A DNA stretch of 64,000 bases from Malacoraja senta (lineage: Eukaryota), in assembly GCA_038087875.1 (NCBI GenBank), contig CM075979.1, positions 67,890,001 to 67,954,000 on the forward strand, in the 5' to 3' direction. Both the position numbers and the translations under genes were made by a program. Positions within the stretch are counted from its first letter, which is position 1, and every line of letters begins with the position of its first letter. Of the stretch, positions 50,850 through 63,535 are shown piece after piece. The notes under the pieces were generated by a model, which did no database searches, was not told where the DNA came from, and was given only the letters and a program-made list of their open reading frames with translations.

Positions 50850-52103
50850 GAGGAAATAATACTTGCAGGAAAAATATCACGGAGTTGAATGTAATGGGAT
50901 AGCTATTTCCAAGATCCAGTGCAGGCACGAATAGTTTCCTACATTTGTGAGTACATCTTACTCCAATTACACACAGCCCTGGTGAGGCTGCATCTGGAAA
51001 TATTGTTTACAGTTCTAGTCTCTGAACCTAAGGATATATTTATGACAGAGAGAGTGCAGCAATGGTTCAACGGTTTAGCATGCAGGTCGCTGCCACGAGG
51101 GAGGTTCGGCAGATCGAGCTGTACTCCCTTACGTTGGGCCAGAGACCCGGGTTCAATCCTGACTATGGTTGCTGTCTGTATGGAGTTTATATGTTCTCCC
51201 CTTGACTGCGTGGGTGCACTGGTTTCTTCCCACACACCAATGACGTACAGGTTTGTAGGCAAACATTGTAAATCGTCCCTAGTGTGTAGAATGGTGCAAG
51301 TGTACGATGATCGGTGGGCCGAAGGGCCTGTTTCCGTGCTCTATCTCTAAACTAAACTAAACTGCAGTGGGCCAAGGTTGCTTGGTGGACTGGATTTAAT
51401 ATGCTCCATAACCTATAATGTTCCATAACATTACATACAAGTTCGACAAAACAGCACTTGTTCTTAAAACTGTCCATACCCTAAGAACATAAAAATCATA
51501 TCCATCATCTAGCCAGTAATGCACATTTTGCAATGCAGATCTCAATAGAGGACAGGTTTTGAATGTTTGGTCGGGAAACTTTGCATTTGTGGCAACTGTG
51601 CAAACACATTGGAAAAACATGACGTGTAAATGCTGGATTTATATTGAATATTCATGAGCTGTGTCGTTCAGTCTCTCTGCCAATCGCTCCAATGGCTTAA
51701 CATTTTTTCCTCACGGCAGTTTCACTTCACTCCAGGATGTTGCCAGGAGGTTTCCTGTTGACTCAATTCTAAACGCCACAATCAGGAACAAAGCCATTTT
51801 GATTCATCTGGTGTTGACTGTTGATCTTTCTCCTTACTGCACCATTGACATCTGTAAATGAGTCAAATGAGAGTGTAAAGTAGGAAGTGAATGCCCCAGG
51901 CTTTCTTATAGCACTGTGGTGGCACCCTTGATGGATGTTTTGATATTAAGGGAATTTAGGAACTCCCATTCCCACCCTGACCTTTCTGTCCTGGGCGAGT
52001 GAGGCCCCATGCAAATTGGAGGAACAACACCACCTATTTCGCTTGGGCAGCTTAATTGTTCTGAACCTTTTCCTACCTCTAGTTTCCCTCCCCCTTGACT
52101 CTC

Positions 52104-52137
52104 GGTCTGAAGAAAGGTGTCAACCTGAAACGTCACC
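52104..52137 (+). ncRNA. Minimal hammerhead motif in a PLE remnant
   Basis: GGT-CTGAAGA-AAGGTGTCAACCT-GAAAC-GTC-ACC, with a 3-bp stem I GGT/ACC. Confidence 0.55.
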
Positions 52138-53502
52138 CATTCCTTTTCTCCTGAGATGCTACCAGACTCGCTCAGTTACTCTAGCTTTTTGTGTCTATAT
52201 TTTGAAGGATTGTTGCAAGAAAGTGGCGCTGAGTTAGAAGGTCAGTCAGGGTCCTATTGAGGGGCTCAATGCAGACTGTACTGACAGATTATAGTGGAAT
52301 GTTTGTCAGATCCTTTGAGCCTGGGCGTTCTTACAGTTCTGAAGGCATTGCGAAACCAAGTATGTAAAGTGAACGTGGGTGGAGATTACATAAGGCAAAA
52401 TTTATCCAGTTTCGGATACTGGTGTAACTCAGCGGGTCTGGCAACATCTCTAGAGAACACAAATAAGAAATGCCACCTATCCATGTTCTCCAGAGATATG
52501 CCTGACTTGCTTTTGGAGTTTAGAGATACAGCACATACGATGGGCTACAATGTGTAAGGATAGCGCTTAGTGTATGGGGATCGCCGGTCAGCATGGACTC
52601 GGTGGGCGGACAGGCCTGTTTCCATTCTGTATGTCTAAAGTAACGTCCCTGCACACTAGGGGCAGTTTGCAGAGGGCCAATTGACCTACAATTTACCAAT
52701 CCCTCTTTGAGACGTGTGAGGAAACTGCAGCACCAGAGGAAACCAACGAGGTCACAGGGAGAACGTACAAACTCCACACAAACAGCACCCAAGGTCAGGA
52801 TTGAACCCAGGTCTCTGGCGCTGTGAGGCAGCAGTTCTACCCACTGCGCTACTCTGCCGCCCAATGGATGAATGTCGAAGATAGACACCAAGTGCTGGAG
52901 TAACACAGCGGGTCAGGCAGCACGTCTGGAGAAAATGGATGGGTGATGTTTCAGGTCGGACCCTTCTTCAGACTGTGACGGATTCCAAAATAAAAGCAGT
53001 TTTGGCTTATTTTCCTGGCACCAGGCCAAAGTGCTTTACATCCAATGAAGTAATTTTCAGACGGAAGAGTAATTATTTAAATGAAAAGGAGTAGAGCAGC
53101 CAAGTTTGTGCATAGCAAGCTTGTGAAGCATAACTGGGTTCAGGTCCACTCTGCAGGTACATTTAATGATCGCACTGCAGATCCCACAAGAGTTAACAGC
53201 AGGTTTTAAGTATTTTAATTTGGCACCGTTGGAAGCTGTCCATGACTGCTGTCGATCCTTTGATGTTGCAGCCATTCCTTCAGACCTGGTGTGCAAGTCC
53301 AGTGGCTATTACTGAAGCTCCATTGCGGCAATCAATGTTCAGAGTTTCTTGCTGACTGCACACTGCCTGCTGATTGGTACTAACCTTTCATTTTCTGGAG
53401 CTCAATCTTCAAAAGTATGTGAAGGAGAGATTTGCCAGTGTTGAGAGGAGGAAGCAAGGGGTGGGGGGGGGGGGCTAGGGGGGAGCGAGGGTTTAAAGAT
53501 GC

Positions 53503-54068
53503 AGCACAGTGGCACAGCGGCATAGAAACTAACTATGTATGCTGTCTGTATGGAGTTTGTACGTTCTCCCTGTGACCGCTTGGGTTTTCTCAGGGTGCTT
53601 CCCACATTCTAAACATGTGCAGGTTTGTAGGTTAATTGGCTTCTGTGAATTGTCCCTAGTGTGTAGGATAGAACTAGTGCACGGGTGATAGATGGTTGGC
53701 ATGGGCTCGGAGGGCCAAAGGGCATGTTTCCACGCTGTATCTCTAAACTAAACTAAGCATGGAAACGTGCTCTTCAACCCACTGAGTCCACTGTGGCCTG
53801 TTCACTGAGTCCACTCTGGCCTCGTTCTATGTTATCCCACTTTCGTTTCCACTCCCTGCATTCCAGGGGCAATTTACAGAGTGCCAATTAACCTGCAAAC
53901 CCGCACGACTCTGGGATGTGGGAGGAAACCGGAGTACCCGGCGGAAACCCACGCAGTCATAGAGAATGTGCAAAACTCCACACGCAGTCAGCACCCAAGG
54001 TCAGGATTGAACCTGGGTCCCTGGCGCTGGGAGGCAGAGGCTCCACCAGCTGCATCACAGTGCCGCCC
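53503..54068. mobile_element. Two HE1-like SINEs tail-to-tail (+ 53503-53755; - 53756-54068)
   Basis: Opposed V-domains. Confidence 0.82.
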
Positions 54069-54835
54069 TTATTGAAGAGTTCTTTCTAAAGAGGCCGAAA
54101 GGGCCAAACAACCTCTCTCTTGAGATTCTGTTGTACTGTTTGGAACTTGCTTGCTTTGTGTAATGAGCAGCTGAGAGCATGTTGTTCTGGATTTGTTGAT
54201 TAGTTCCTGGTTTGTGATATTTTTGACTAATTCTGTTCACCATGAGTTAAGTATTAAGTTTAGGTTCCTGGTTTATTCTCACAATAACATGCAGATACCC
54301 AAGGCTGGACCGTGCTTAAATAAGAGGAACAAAATTACATTGGCTCCCGGTGCATTTGGAAGGTATTAACCATAAGATTTCAATTTTTCCCAGTGTGATA
54401 TGTGCGAGCATGTTCATAGAGGTAGAGGTTAACCGTAGACCATTGATACCTCTGAGTCCGAAGGTTGTGCGTTGGAGACTTGCACGGAGATTCTCCTTAG
54501 ACATTAGAAATACAGCATGGAAATAGGCCCTTCGGCCCACCGAGTCCGCGCCGACCTGTAAGTTTTTGGAGTGTAGGAGGAACTGCAAGGCAGCAACTTT
54601 ACCGCTGTGCCGCAGTTTCTAGTTTCCTGTGCTCCAATTTCCTCCCACATTCCCAAGACATGCAGGTTAGTAGGTTAATTGGATTTGGTAAAAATTGTAA
54701 ATTGTCCCTAGTGTGTAGGATAGTGCTAGTGTACGAGGTGGTCACTGATCGGTGCCGACTCGGTGGGCCAAAGGGCCAGTTTCCACATTGTTTTTGTAAA
54801 ATAAAATTCAAACTAAACTAGTCTTGAAGAGCATG

Positions 54836-55024
54836 TTTAAGAAGGAACTGCAGATGCTGGAAAATCAAAGGTAGACAAAAATACTGGAGAAACTCAGCGG
54901 GCGAGGCAGCATCTATGGAGCGAAGAAAATAGGCAAAGAAAATTCGACCCGAGACGTTGCCTATTTCCTTTGCTCCATAGATGCTGCCTCACCCGCTGAG
55001 TTTCTCCAGCATTTTTGTCTACCG
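54836..55024. mobile_element. Fold-back PLE pLTR pair
   Basis: Near-perfect inverted arms of about 65 bp and a 12-bp TSD TTGAAGAGCATG (54824-54835 and 55025-55036). Confidence 0.9.
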
Positions 55025-57559
55025 TTGAAGAGCATGCATTGTTCAGAAAGGCCTCCGTGCTGTGCAATCTGTTCCCAAAGTCTCAGACTTCTAGTTCAGT
55101 TTGGAGATGCAGCAGGGAAACAGTCCCCTTGGCCAACCGAGACCACGCGGACCCAGTGATCCTCACACATTACTTCTATCCTACACATTAGGGACAATTT
55201 ACTGAAGCCAATCAACCTACAACCCTGCACGTCTTTGGGATGTGGGAGGAAACCGGAGCAGCCGGAGAAAACCCATGCGGTTCCAGGTACACGAGGTCCG
55301 AGAACGTACAAACTCCATAAAGTCAGCACCCGTGGGTCAGGATTGAACCAAGGTCTTTTGATTTAAGTGATGGCATATAAGAACCTAAAACTAGATACGG
55401 TAAAACTCTGATAATCTGGCATCTTAGAGTTTGTTGTCCTATTTTCCAGACTATAGGATGTAATTCCCACAAATACCAAAGCACTTTTATTTCACTTTTT
55501 TACCTGTTGTGGAGTAGAATAATGAATCAATGTATAGTTCCTGTTTCCCCCTTCCTGGTGGGTTGAGAGGGGGGGGGGGTTAAGAGGAATTCTATAAGCT
55601 GTACAGATCTTAAGAGGTACAATATCATCAGGGGCATGGATGAAAGTTAATGCTCAGTCTTTCTCCCCATTGTGGGGTATGGGTTAGTCATATTGTTGGT
55701 GGAGGTTAACCTTAGAGCATTGATTCCTCTGAGTCAGAAGGTTGTGCTTTGGAGATTCACGCGGAGATTTTAGCACAAAATTCTCCTTAGACATTAGAAA
55801 TACAGCGTGGAAGGGGGGGGGGGAGAGATTTAAGAGCCTTAACTTTTTTGCCTAGAGGGTAGTCCATACTTGGAGTGAGCTGCCAGAGGAAACTATAGAA
55901 GAGGATACACTTACAACTTTTAAAATACTTTTGGACAGGGTGGAAGGGGTGGGCAAGGGTGTGGAGGGACAGGGAAGGTTTTGGGGTGGGTGGGTGGGGA
56001 AGGGTGTAGTAGAGGGATGTTAAATTGGATTAAATGTGGACGTTTTATACAACTTTTAATTCAGTCAACCCCCCCCTAGAAATGGGATTCTTCAGAAAAA
56101 ACTAAACTAATTGTTGTCTAAAATGAGGAATGCTTGTTGAATATTTTACGTAATAATCAAATCTGGGCTCAATTCCTAACGAGAGTGTTAACCAACAATT
56201 ACTTAAATTCTCTTGACCTTTTTAAGCCGGTGTCCTTTCCTGCCGTCTGTGTGCGTGTGTGCATTGTCGGGGCTGAGTCGCTGTTTGAATATGTTACCAG
56301 ACCGTGCACTGGCAACACCAGGCTAATTGACTGCTGGAAACTGTCCCTCTGTGTAACCCTCACAGAATGTGCAGATGAATGTATTCCTGATGCAAGGACA
56401 GAATTGTCAGCTCTCCGCATTGCTTTGCTTGCATTTCTTCTACAGAGCCGCCTTTATCCAAGTGCAGAATGCTGCCAACTGTTTCATCTTGCTGCTTGCT
56501 GGGTTTTTGGCATGGTTTCTGTTCTTCTCTCGCGCAGAATTTCACAGCATTGTAGAATCCGTTAGGCTTAACGTCTGTGCCTTTGTTTGGTTTCAGCATC
56601 CTCCCATTTCACATCATTTTGTCCTCCCCAAAAATCCCCTTCTCTCTCATTTAGTTCAGTTTAGTTTAGAGATACAATGTGGAAACAGGCCCTTCGGCCC
56701 ACCGAGTCTGTGGCGACCAGCAATCACCCATACACATTCAAAGTTATCCCACTTTCACACACCCACTACACCTTTGCAGAAGCCAATTAACCTAGAGATA
56801 CAGCATGGAAACAGGCCTTTCAGCCGTACACTAGTTCAATCCTACACTCTTAGGACCATTTACAGAATCCAATTAATCTACGAACCTGCACGTCTTTGGA
56901 AGGTGGGAGGAAACCGGTAGCATCCTGAGAAACAGTCACAGGGAGAACGTACAAACTCCGTACTGACAGCACCCATAGTCAGGATCGAACCCGGGTCTCT
57001 GGCACTGTGCTCATTTGCAGATAAAGCTCCCCCCTCAAATATGCTTCCTTAAAGATAATGCTTCTGTGTATATCATTTAACAAATTGGATTTGCTAAATA
57101 AAAGGTGTGGTGTAAATGCTGACTCCCAGCCTTGTAGATCAGGGGAGTTTGCACCAAGTAGATTGAGCATTTCTTGGCAAGATAGGTAATGATCTAATTG
57201 AGATTCAGCTGTGGAGTGAGACTGGGGAATTTCTGGCCTGCGCAGTAACTGAGGTACATCAAATCCAATAAAATGTAATAAAAAAGGAACTGCAGATTCT
57301 GAATGGAATAGCTCAGTGGGTCAGGCAGCATCTCTGGAGAAAATGGATAGGAGACGTTTCAGGTTGGGGCCCTTCTTCAGACTGTGTATGTGTGTGTGTG
57401 TGGGTGGGGGGGGGGGGGATTGGAAGCAAGAAAAGACCAGGGAAAATCAATGACAGCCACAGATAACCCCGGTCAGGGTGATTCCCTGATAGGTCGATTG
57501 TTGGCGAGGGACAGTGTGATTTGTCCCCAGTCATCAAAAAAAAAAATCACATATAAGCA

Positions 57560-57850
57560 AACAAACAATAAAAGTGCAAAGACAAAAACAATGTCCCCAT
57601 GTCTATGTAGTTTGGAGGTTGTAGTGTTAAATACCTGATGGTTGTAGGGAACAAGCTGCTCCTGAACCTGGATGTTACTTTTTTCGGACTCCAAGACTTG
57701 TTTTCCAATGGCAGGAGTGAAATGAGTGTGTGGCCAGGGTGGTGTTGGTCTCTGATGATGGTGGCTGCCTTTTTGAGGCTGCGACTCCTGTAGATCCCTG
57801 CGATGGTGGGGTGGTCAGTACCCATGGTGGACTGGGCAGTGTTCACCACT
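57560..57850 (-). mobile_element. Rex1/Babar-like LINE 3' fragment
   Basis: KVVNTAQSTMGTDHPTIAGIYRSRSLKKAATIIRDQHHPGHTLISLLP. Confidence 0.8.
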
Positions 57851-58819
57851 TTATGAGGCTGCGACTCCTGTAGATCGCTGGAAGCCAAGCCTCCTGCAGC
57901 ATTTTAGGCACATCCAGCTGTTCCCCTCCAGCACATCCATCACGTGGCACAAAGGGCAGCAGATGTCACGTTCAGCCAGATGTTTGGAATACATTGTCAT
58001 CTGTCGAGGTAGTCCGTGTTCTTGACAATTGTCCCATTATGTTGGTGACACCAAGCACGACTGTCCTACTACCTTTCTCTCAGCTCAAGGTGAAGAATTA
58101 CTTGTCAACATTTTGGGAAAAAAAGCTTGGTGTCTTTATTACATTGTAGTGTAGTTTAACATAGATTAGTGTAGCAGAGTTCAGTGTGGCATAGTTTAGA
58201 GACACCGCGTTGGAACAGGCCTTTTGACCCACCAAATCCAAGCCGACCAACAATCACCCCTTACACCAGCACTATCCTACACAAGAGGGACAATTAACAG
58301 AAGCCAATTAACCTACAAACCTGTGTATCTTTGGAATGTGGAGGAAACTGGAGCACCCGGAGAATACCCACGCCGTCACAGGGAGAACGTATGAACTCCG
58401 GGCTGACTTCAGGTTGTGTGCGAATATTACAACATGAGATTTCCTGGTTAATTTACCCTTCTGTGTATTCTCCCAAGGTGGGGGATCAATACCAGAGGGC
58501 TGAGGTTCAAGGTGAGAAGGAGAGGAAAAACAGTTAAAAGACACTTGGACAAGTACATGGATAGGAAAGGTTTCAAGGAATATGAGACAAACGGGTGTCC
58601 GGAGTTATGGGATGAAGGCAGGAGAATTGGTTTTTTGAGGGAAAGGTGGATCAGCCATGATTGAACGGTGGAGTAGACTTGATGGGCCGAATGGCATTAT
58701 TCTGCTCCTAGAACCTATGAAGTTATGAAATGGGACTCGTTTAGATGGGACCTTGGTCGGCTGCGGGGAGAACAAAAATGGGATTTGTGTAAATGGTTGG
58801 TTGATGGTTAGCAGGGACT

Positions 58820-59163
58820 AGTTAGCAGGGATGGTTAGGTCAGGTCGGGGGAAGTTCCCTCCGCCACGGGTACCATGTAATCCCGTGCTACCTGCTCCAT
58901 GGCCGGATAGTCAGCGACTAAACCGTCTCCCCCACCTGATTTGCCAGGTGAGGAGGGGGCTGCGGACCCCCAGCAGGACCAAAATCAAGACCTGTTAAAG
59001 GGCGGATGAGCTTCTAGCGAGCCAACGGCCATCCACACTTCAGTAGAAGTTGCGATCATTGTCATACACAGCATTGTAAGGAAAGATGATCCGTCAACGT
59101 TCCCGTTGGAAACCAGCACCACTGTGTCGCTAATGTTTTCAACGATGATGAATGAGTGAATGA
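58820..59163 (+). mobile_element. Unclassified short retroposon with a microsatellite tail
   Basis: Interrupts a SINE tail, flanked by the 7-bp repeat AGGGACT (58813-58819 and 59164-59170), and ends in GATGATGAATGAGTGAATGA. Confidence 0.55.
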
Positions 59164-60349
59164 AGGGACTCAGTGGGCCAAAGGTCCTGTTTCCGTGCAG
59201 TGTGACTGAGAGGTAGGGGTGAGCCACTAAGTACATGGGCTCTGCACTGTCACTCCAAACATTTGTAGCTCCCTGTCTTGTCTGCCTTGCCCGCTGGATG
59301 TGCCCACTGCCTGGTGCCAACGATGGTCAGAACCATGTGAAAAGAAACACCAAGCTCAGGATCCAGCTCTGGACCGAGTTCCTTCACCCAATCGCTTCAG
59401 ATTAATGGAGAGATGCTGCTTGGAAACAGGCCCTTCAACCCATCGAGTCCCTGCTGGCTGTCAACCCACCATTTACACTAATCCCCTTTGTTTTGTTCGG
59501 CCTGCTGTCTGATCAACTCCCACCAGAGTCAACTACCCAATAACTGGGCAATTTACAGTGACCAATTATCCGGTCAACCTGTGTGTGTTTGTTTGGGATC
59601 CGAGAGGAAACAAGCGCCCAAATGAAAGCCACGTGATCATGCGCCCGTCATTGTACAAGTTGAAGAAAATCCAAAGGCTTTGAAAATCGCCTTTCCAGTG
59701 ACGTAAAGGCACTGAGGTTGCTTGAATGGTGGGTCAGCATTAACTAGTAACAGAGAACTGCAAATGCCGGTTTATGAAATATAGACACAAATTGCTGGAG
59801 TAACTATGGGTGAGGTGGCATCCCTGGCTATGTGATATTTCGGGGTGAAACCTATCCATGTTTCCAGGGATGCTGCCTGACCTGCTGAGATACTCCAGCA
59901 TTTTGGGTCAACATTAGCTGTTGCCCGCCTTGCCTTCTAAGCAAAGGACACTACATATTGGGCATTAAATTCACGACGAGCTCCATGAACAGCAGTGAAA
60001 GCTCTTGCTGTCTGGGAGAAGAGTTGTGATGACAACTTTGGGAAACAAATTGCTCCTTAACTTCTAGGAGAGCAGAACATCCTCCTATAGATTGTTTTTA
60101 TCTTTTCAAACGGTGATTTATGTGTGTTGTTTTTTAAAGTACCTTTGGAAATGTTGCATCGCAGCAACTTTTTTTGCTCAATCTGCATATTTTTGAATAA
60201 TTTCTCTGTGTGACGTGTAACTTGGACTATTATTGTTGTCAAGGTTGGTGGTTGTCAAGTCTACTCTTTATGGGGGAAAAAGGAGACCTTCATTCGCCAT
60301 GTAGAGTAATTGCAAGAAAGGTTATCTTGCCTGACTTGTACAGAGTACA

Positions 60350-61120
60350 TGGAGACATACAGTACCGAAACAGCCGCTTTGGCCCAACTTATCTATGCCA
60401 ACCAAGATGCCTCATCTAAGCTAGACCTGTCTGCATTTGGCCCATATCGCTCTAAACCTTTCCAATCCTTGTACCTGTCCAAGAATGGTTTGAAGAAAGG
60501 TTTCGACCCGAAATGTTGCCTATTTCCTTCGCTCCAAAGATGCTGCCTCACCTGCTGAGTTTCTCCAGCATTTTTGTCTACCTTCGATTTTCCAGCATCT
60601 GCAGTTCCTTCTTAAACACCTGTCCAAGTGTCTTTTAAATACTACTATAGTACCTGCCTCAACCATCTCCTCTTGCAGCTCGCTCTACATACCCACCACC
60701 CTCGGAGTGAAAAAGTTGCCCCTCGGATTTTTATTAAATCTTAATCTAAAAGATTAATAAAACCTTTTTATTAAAGGTCTTGCAACCTTTAAACCTATGT
60801 CTTCTTGTTTTTGATTACCTTACCCTGGGTAGAGACTCTGGTCATTTACCCTATCCATTCTCCTCATAATATTATACACCTCTATAAGACCACTCCACAG
60901 CTTCCTGTGCTCCATGGAATAAAGTTTTATCCTGCACAACCTCTCCCTATAGCTCAGCCCTTCAAGTCCTGACAACATCCTCGTAAATCTTTTCTGCCAT
61001 CTTTCCAGCTTAATGACATCCTTCCTATAGCAGGGTGACCAGAACGGAGCACACTACTCCAAATGCAGCCTCACCAATGTCTAGAACAACTGAAACATAA
61101 TGTCGCAACTTCTATACTCA
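60350..61120 (-). mobile_element. Degenerate CR1 3' fragment with a PLE pLTR nested at 60484-60617
   Basis: CR1 motifs; TSD ACCTGTCCAAG (60473-60483 and 60618-60628). Confidence 0.82.
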
Positions 61121-61679
61121 ATCCCCCTAGTCATAGAGTTGTACCGTGTGCAAAAAGGCCCTTCAGCCCAACTAGCCCACACCGGCCAACATGTCCCATC
61201 GACACTAGTCTCACCTGCCTGCGTTTGGCCCATATCCTTATAAACCTGTCCTATCCATGTACCCGTCTAAATGTTTCTTAAAGGTTGTGATAGTACCTGC
61301 CTCAACTGCCTCCTCCAACACCTCGTTCCATACACCCAGCACCCTTTGTGTGGAAACAAAAAGTTACCCATCTGGTTCCTAATAAATTCCTTTTGGAAAT
61401 TTCTCTGATATTTCAAGTGTGTACACGTTAACTGCATTGGAATTCATGGCTGTCGACATGCGAGGGAACCGCAGCAATTAAGTGCATCACCTGTGTAATC
61501 AACACATTGAGGCATCTTGTGCTATCATCCGACAGTCACATTATACAAAGACTGTGCATACTGAAGATTCAACCACCACTCCCTAGTGAAAGATGTCCGG
61601 CCTTGGCAGTATGCTTCAGAACAATGGTGTAGTCTTGGGCCAAGTATGTTGGAGTATCCTTTGGCAGTGGCCCATGGGT

Positions 61680-62150
61680 TTAGTTTATTGTCACGTGTAC
61701 TGAGGTACAATGAAAAGCTTTTGTTACGTACTAACCAGTCAGCATAAAGACAATATATGATTACAGTTGAACCATTCACAGTGTACAGATACATGATAAA
61801 GGGAATCACATTTAGTGCAAGATAAAGTCCAGTAAAGTTTGATTAAAGGGTCTTCCATGAGGTTGATAGTAGCTCAGGACCGCTCTCTACTTGTTGAAAG
61901 GATGGTTCAGATGCCTGACCCTGAATCTGCAGGTGTGCGTTTTCACACTTCTGTACCTCTTTCCTGATGGTAGAGGAGACATGAGGGTGAGACTGGTCCT
62001 TGATTATGCTGGTGGCCTTGCCGAGTATAGATGAAAGGGAGGTTGGTTTATGTGATGGTCTGGGCTGCGTCCACAATTCTCTGCAATTTCTTGCAGTCTT
62101 GGATGCAGCTGTTCCAAAACCATGCTGCGATAACATGCTTTCTACGGCGA
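61680..62150 (-). mobile_element. Rex1/Babar-like LINE 3' fragment
   Basis: GKATSIIKDQSHP motif and the shared 3' UTR. Confidence 0.75.
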
Positions 62151-63237
62151 GAAGTCGCAAGTATTGGTGCATGAATGTTGGGTGATCTGTACTTTAATCA
62201 TGATGCCTTGTGACATTGGCAGAGCCTCACACTTAGAAACATAGAAAAATAGGTGCAGGAGTAGGCCATTCGGCCCTTCGAGTCAGCACCGCCATTCAAT
62301 ATGATCATGGCTGATCATTTAAAATCAGTACCCCGTTCCTGCTTTTCCCCCCATATCCCTTGTTTCCTTTAGCACTAAGAGCTAAATCTGGGCCAGCGAC
62401 GTGCATTTGGTAAAGTTCAATCAATGATCCCCTTTTAGATAACCCTGTTTCTTTCCCACTCACTGCTGATTTCCCGTGGCCCTCTCTCCTCTGTCTACCA
62501 TTCTCATTTCCATTTGCTCATCACCCACACACCGAACCACCAGCATTCCTTCTCTTCCCCCCCAAAGCCCCCCATTCCTTCCATCTTTCCTGTCCCCTCT
62601 GCCATCTGGTTCAACTTATCACCTTCCAGCCTCTCCCTCAATCTTCCCTCTCTTCTCTGTTTCCACCTGTCATCACCAACCTCTGCCTTTACACATCCCC
62701 CACACTCAATGCCCCACCTCCACCCCAATCCCTCAGTAAGCTCCATTATTCCCATCCCCTCACCTGGTCCCACCTATCACCTATTTGAAGAAGGGTCCTG
62801 ACACACAGTGAGGGCGGAAAGTCATAATAGGAACCCGAGGGGCGACCTTTTTACACAATCCTGTACCTGCCTTCTCTCCATACCCCCTGATCCCTTTAGC
62901 CAAATGGGCTGAATGGCCTAATTCTGCTCCTATTACTTATGAATTTATGACCTGAGACATCACCTATCCATGTTATCCAGAGAGGCTGCCTGACCCACTA
63001 AGTTACTCCAGCACTTTGTTTTTCTTTTGTAAAACAGCATCTTCAGTTTCTTGTTTCCATCACCTAACAGGCCCCACCTCGCTCTCTCCTATTTACAATT
63101 CCTACCTTCCTCTAGTCTCTCAGTCCAGCCGCAGGAGCATTATCAGCAATGTCGCCCAATCCCTCTGTCTCCACGGATGCTGCTTGACCCACCGAGTTCC
63201 TCCAACAGTTTGCTTTTTCTTACCAGATTCCACCATC

Positions 63238-63535
63238 AGCGCGGTGACGCAGCAGTAGAGTTTCTGTCTCGCAGCGCCAGGGTCCCAGGTTCAATCCTGA
63301 CTACAGGTGCTGTCTGTACAGAGTTTGTACGTTCTCCTCGTGACCGCATGGTATTTCTCCAGGTGCTCCGGTTTCTTCCCACACTCCAAAGACGTGCGGG
63401 TTTGTAGGTTAATTGGCCTCTGTAAATTGTCCCTAGTGTGTAGGATAGAACTAATGTACAGGGTGATCGCTGGTCGGTGTGGACGCGGTGAGCTTATGGG
63501 CCTGTTTCCATGCTGTAGCTCTAAAACTAAAACTA
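63238..63535 (+). mobile_element. HE1-like V-SINE
   Basis: Full-length match to the other copies. Confidence 0.9.
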
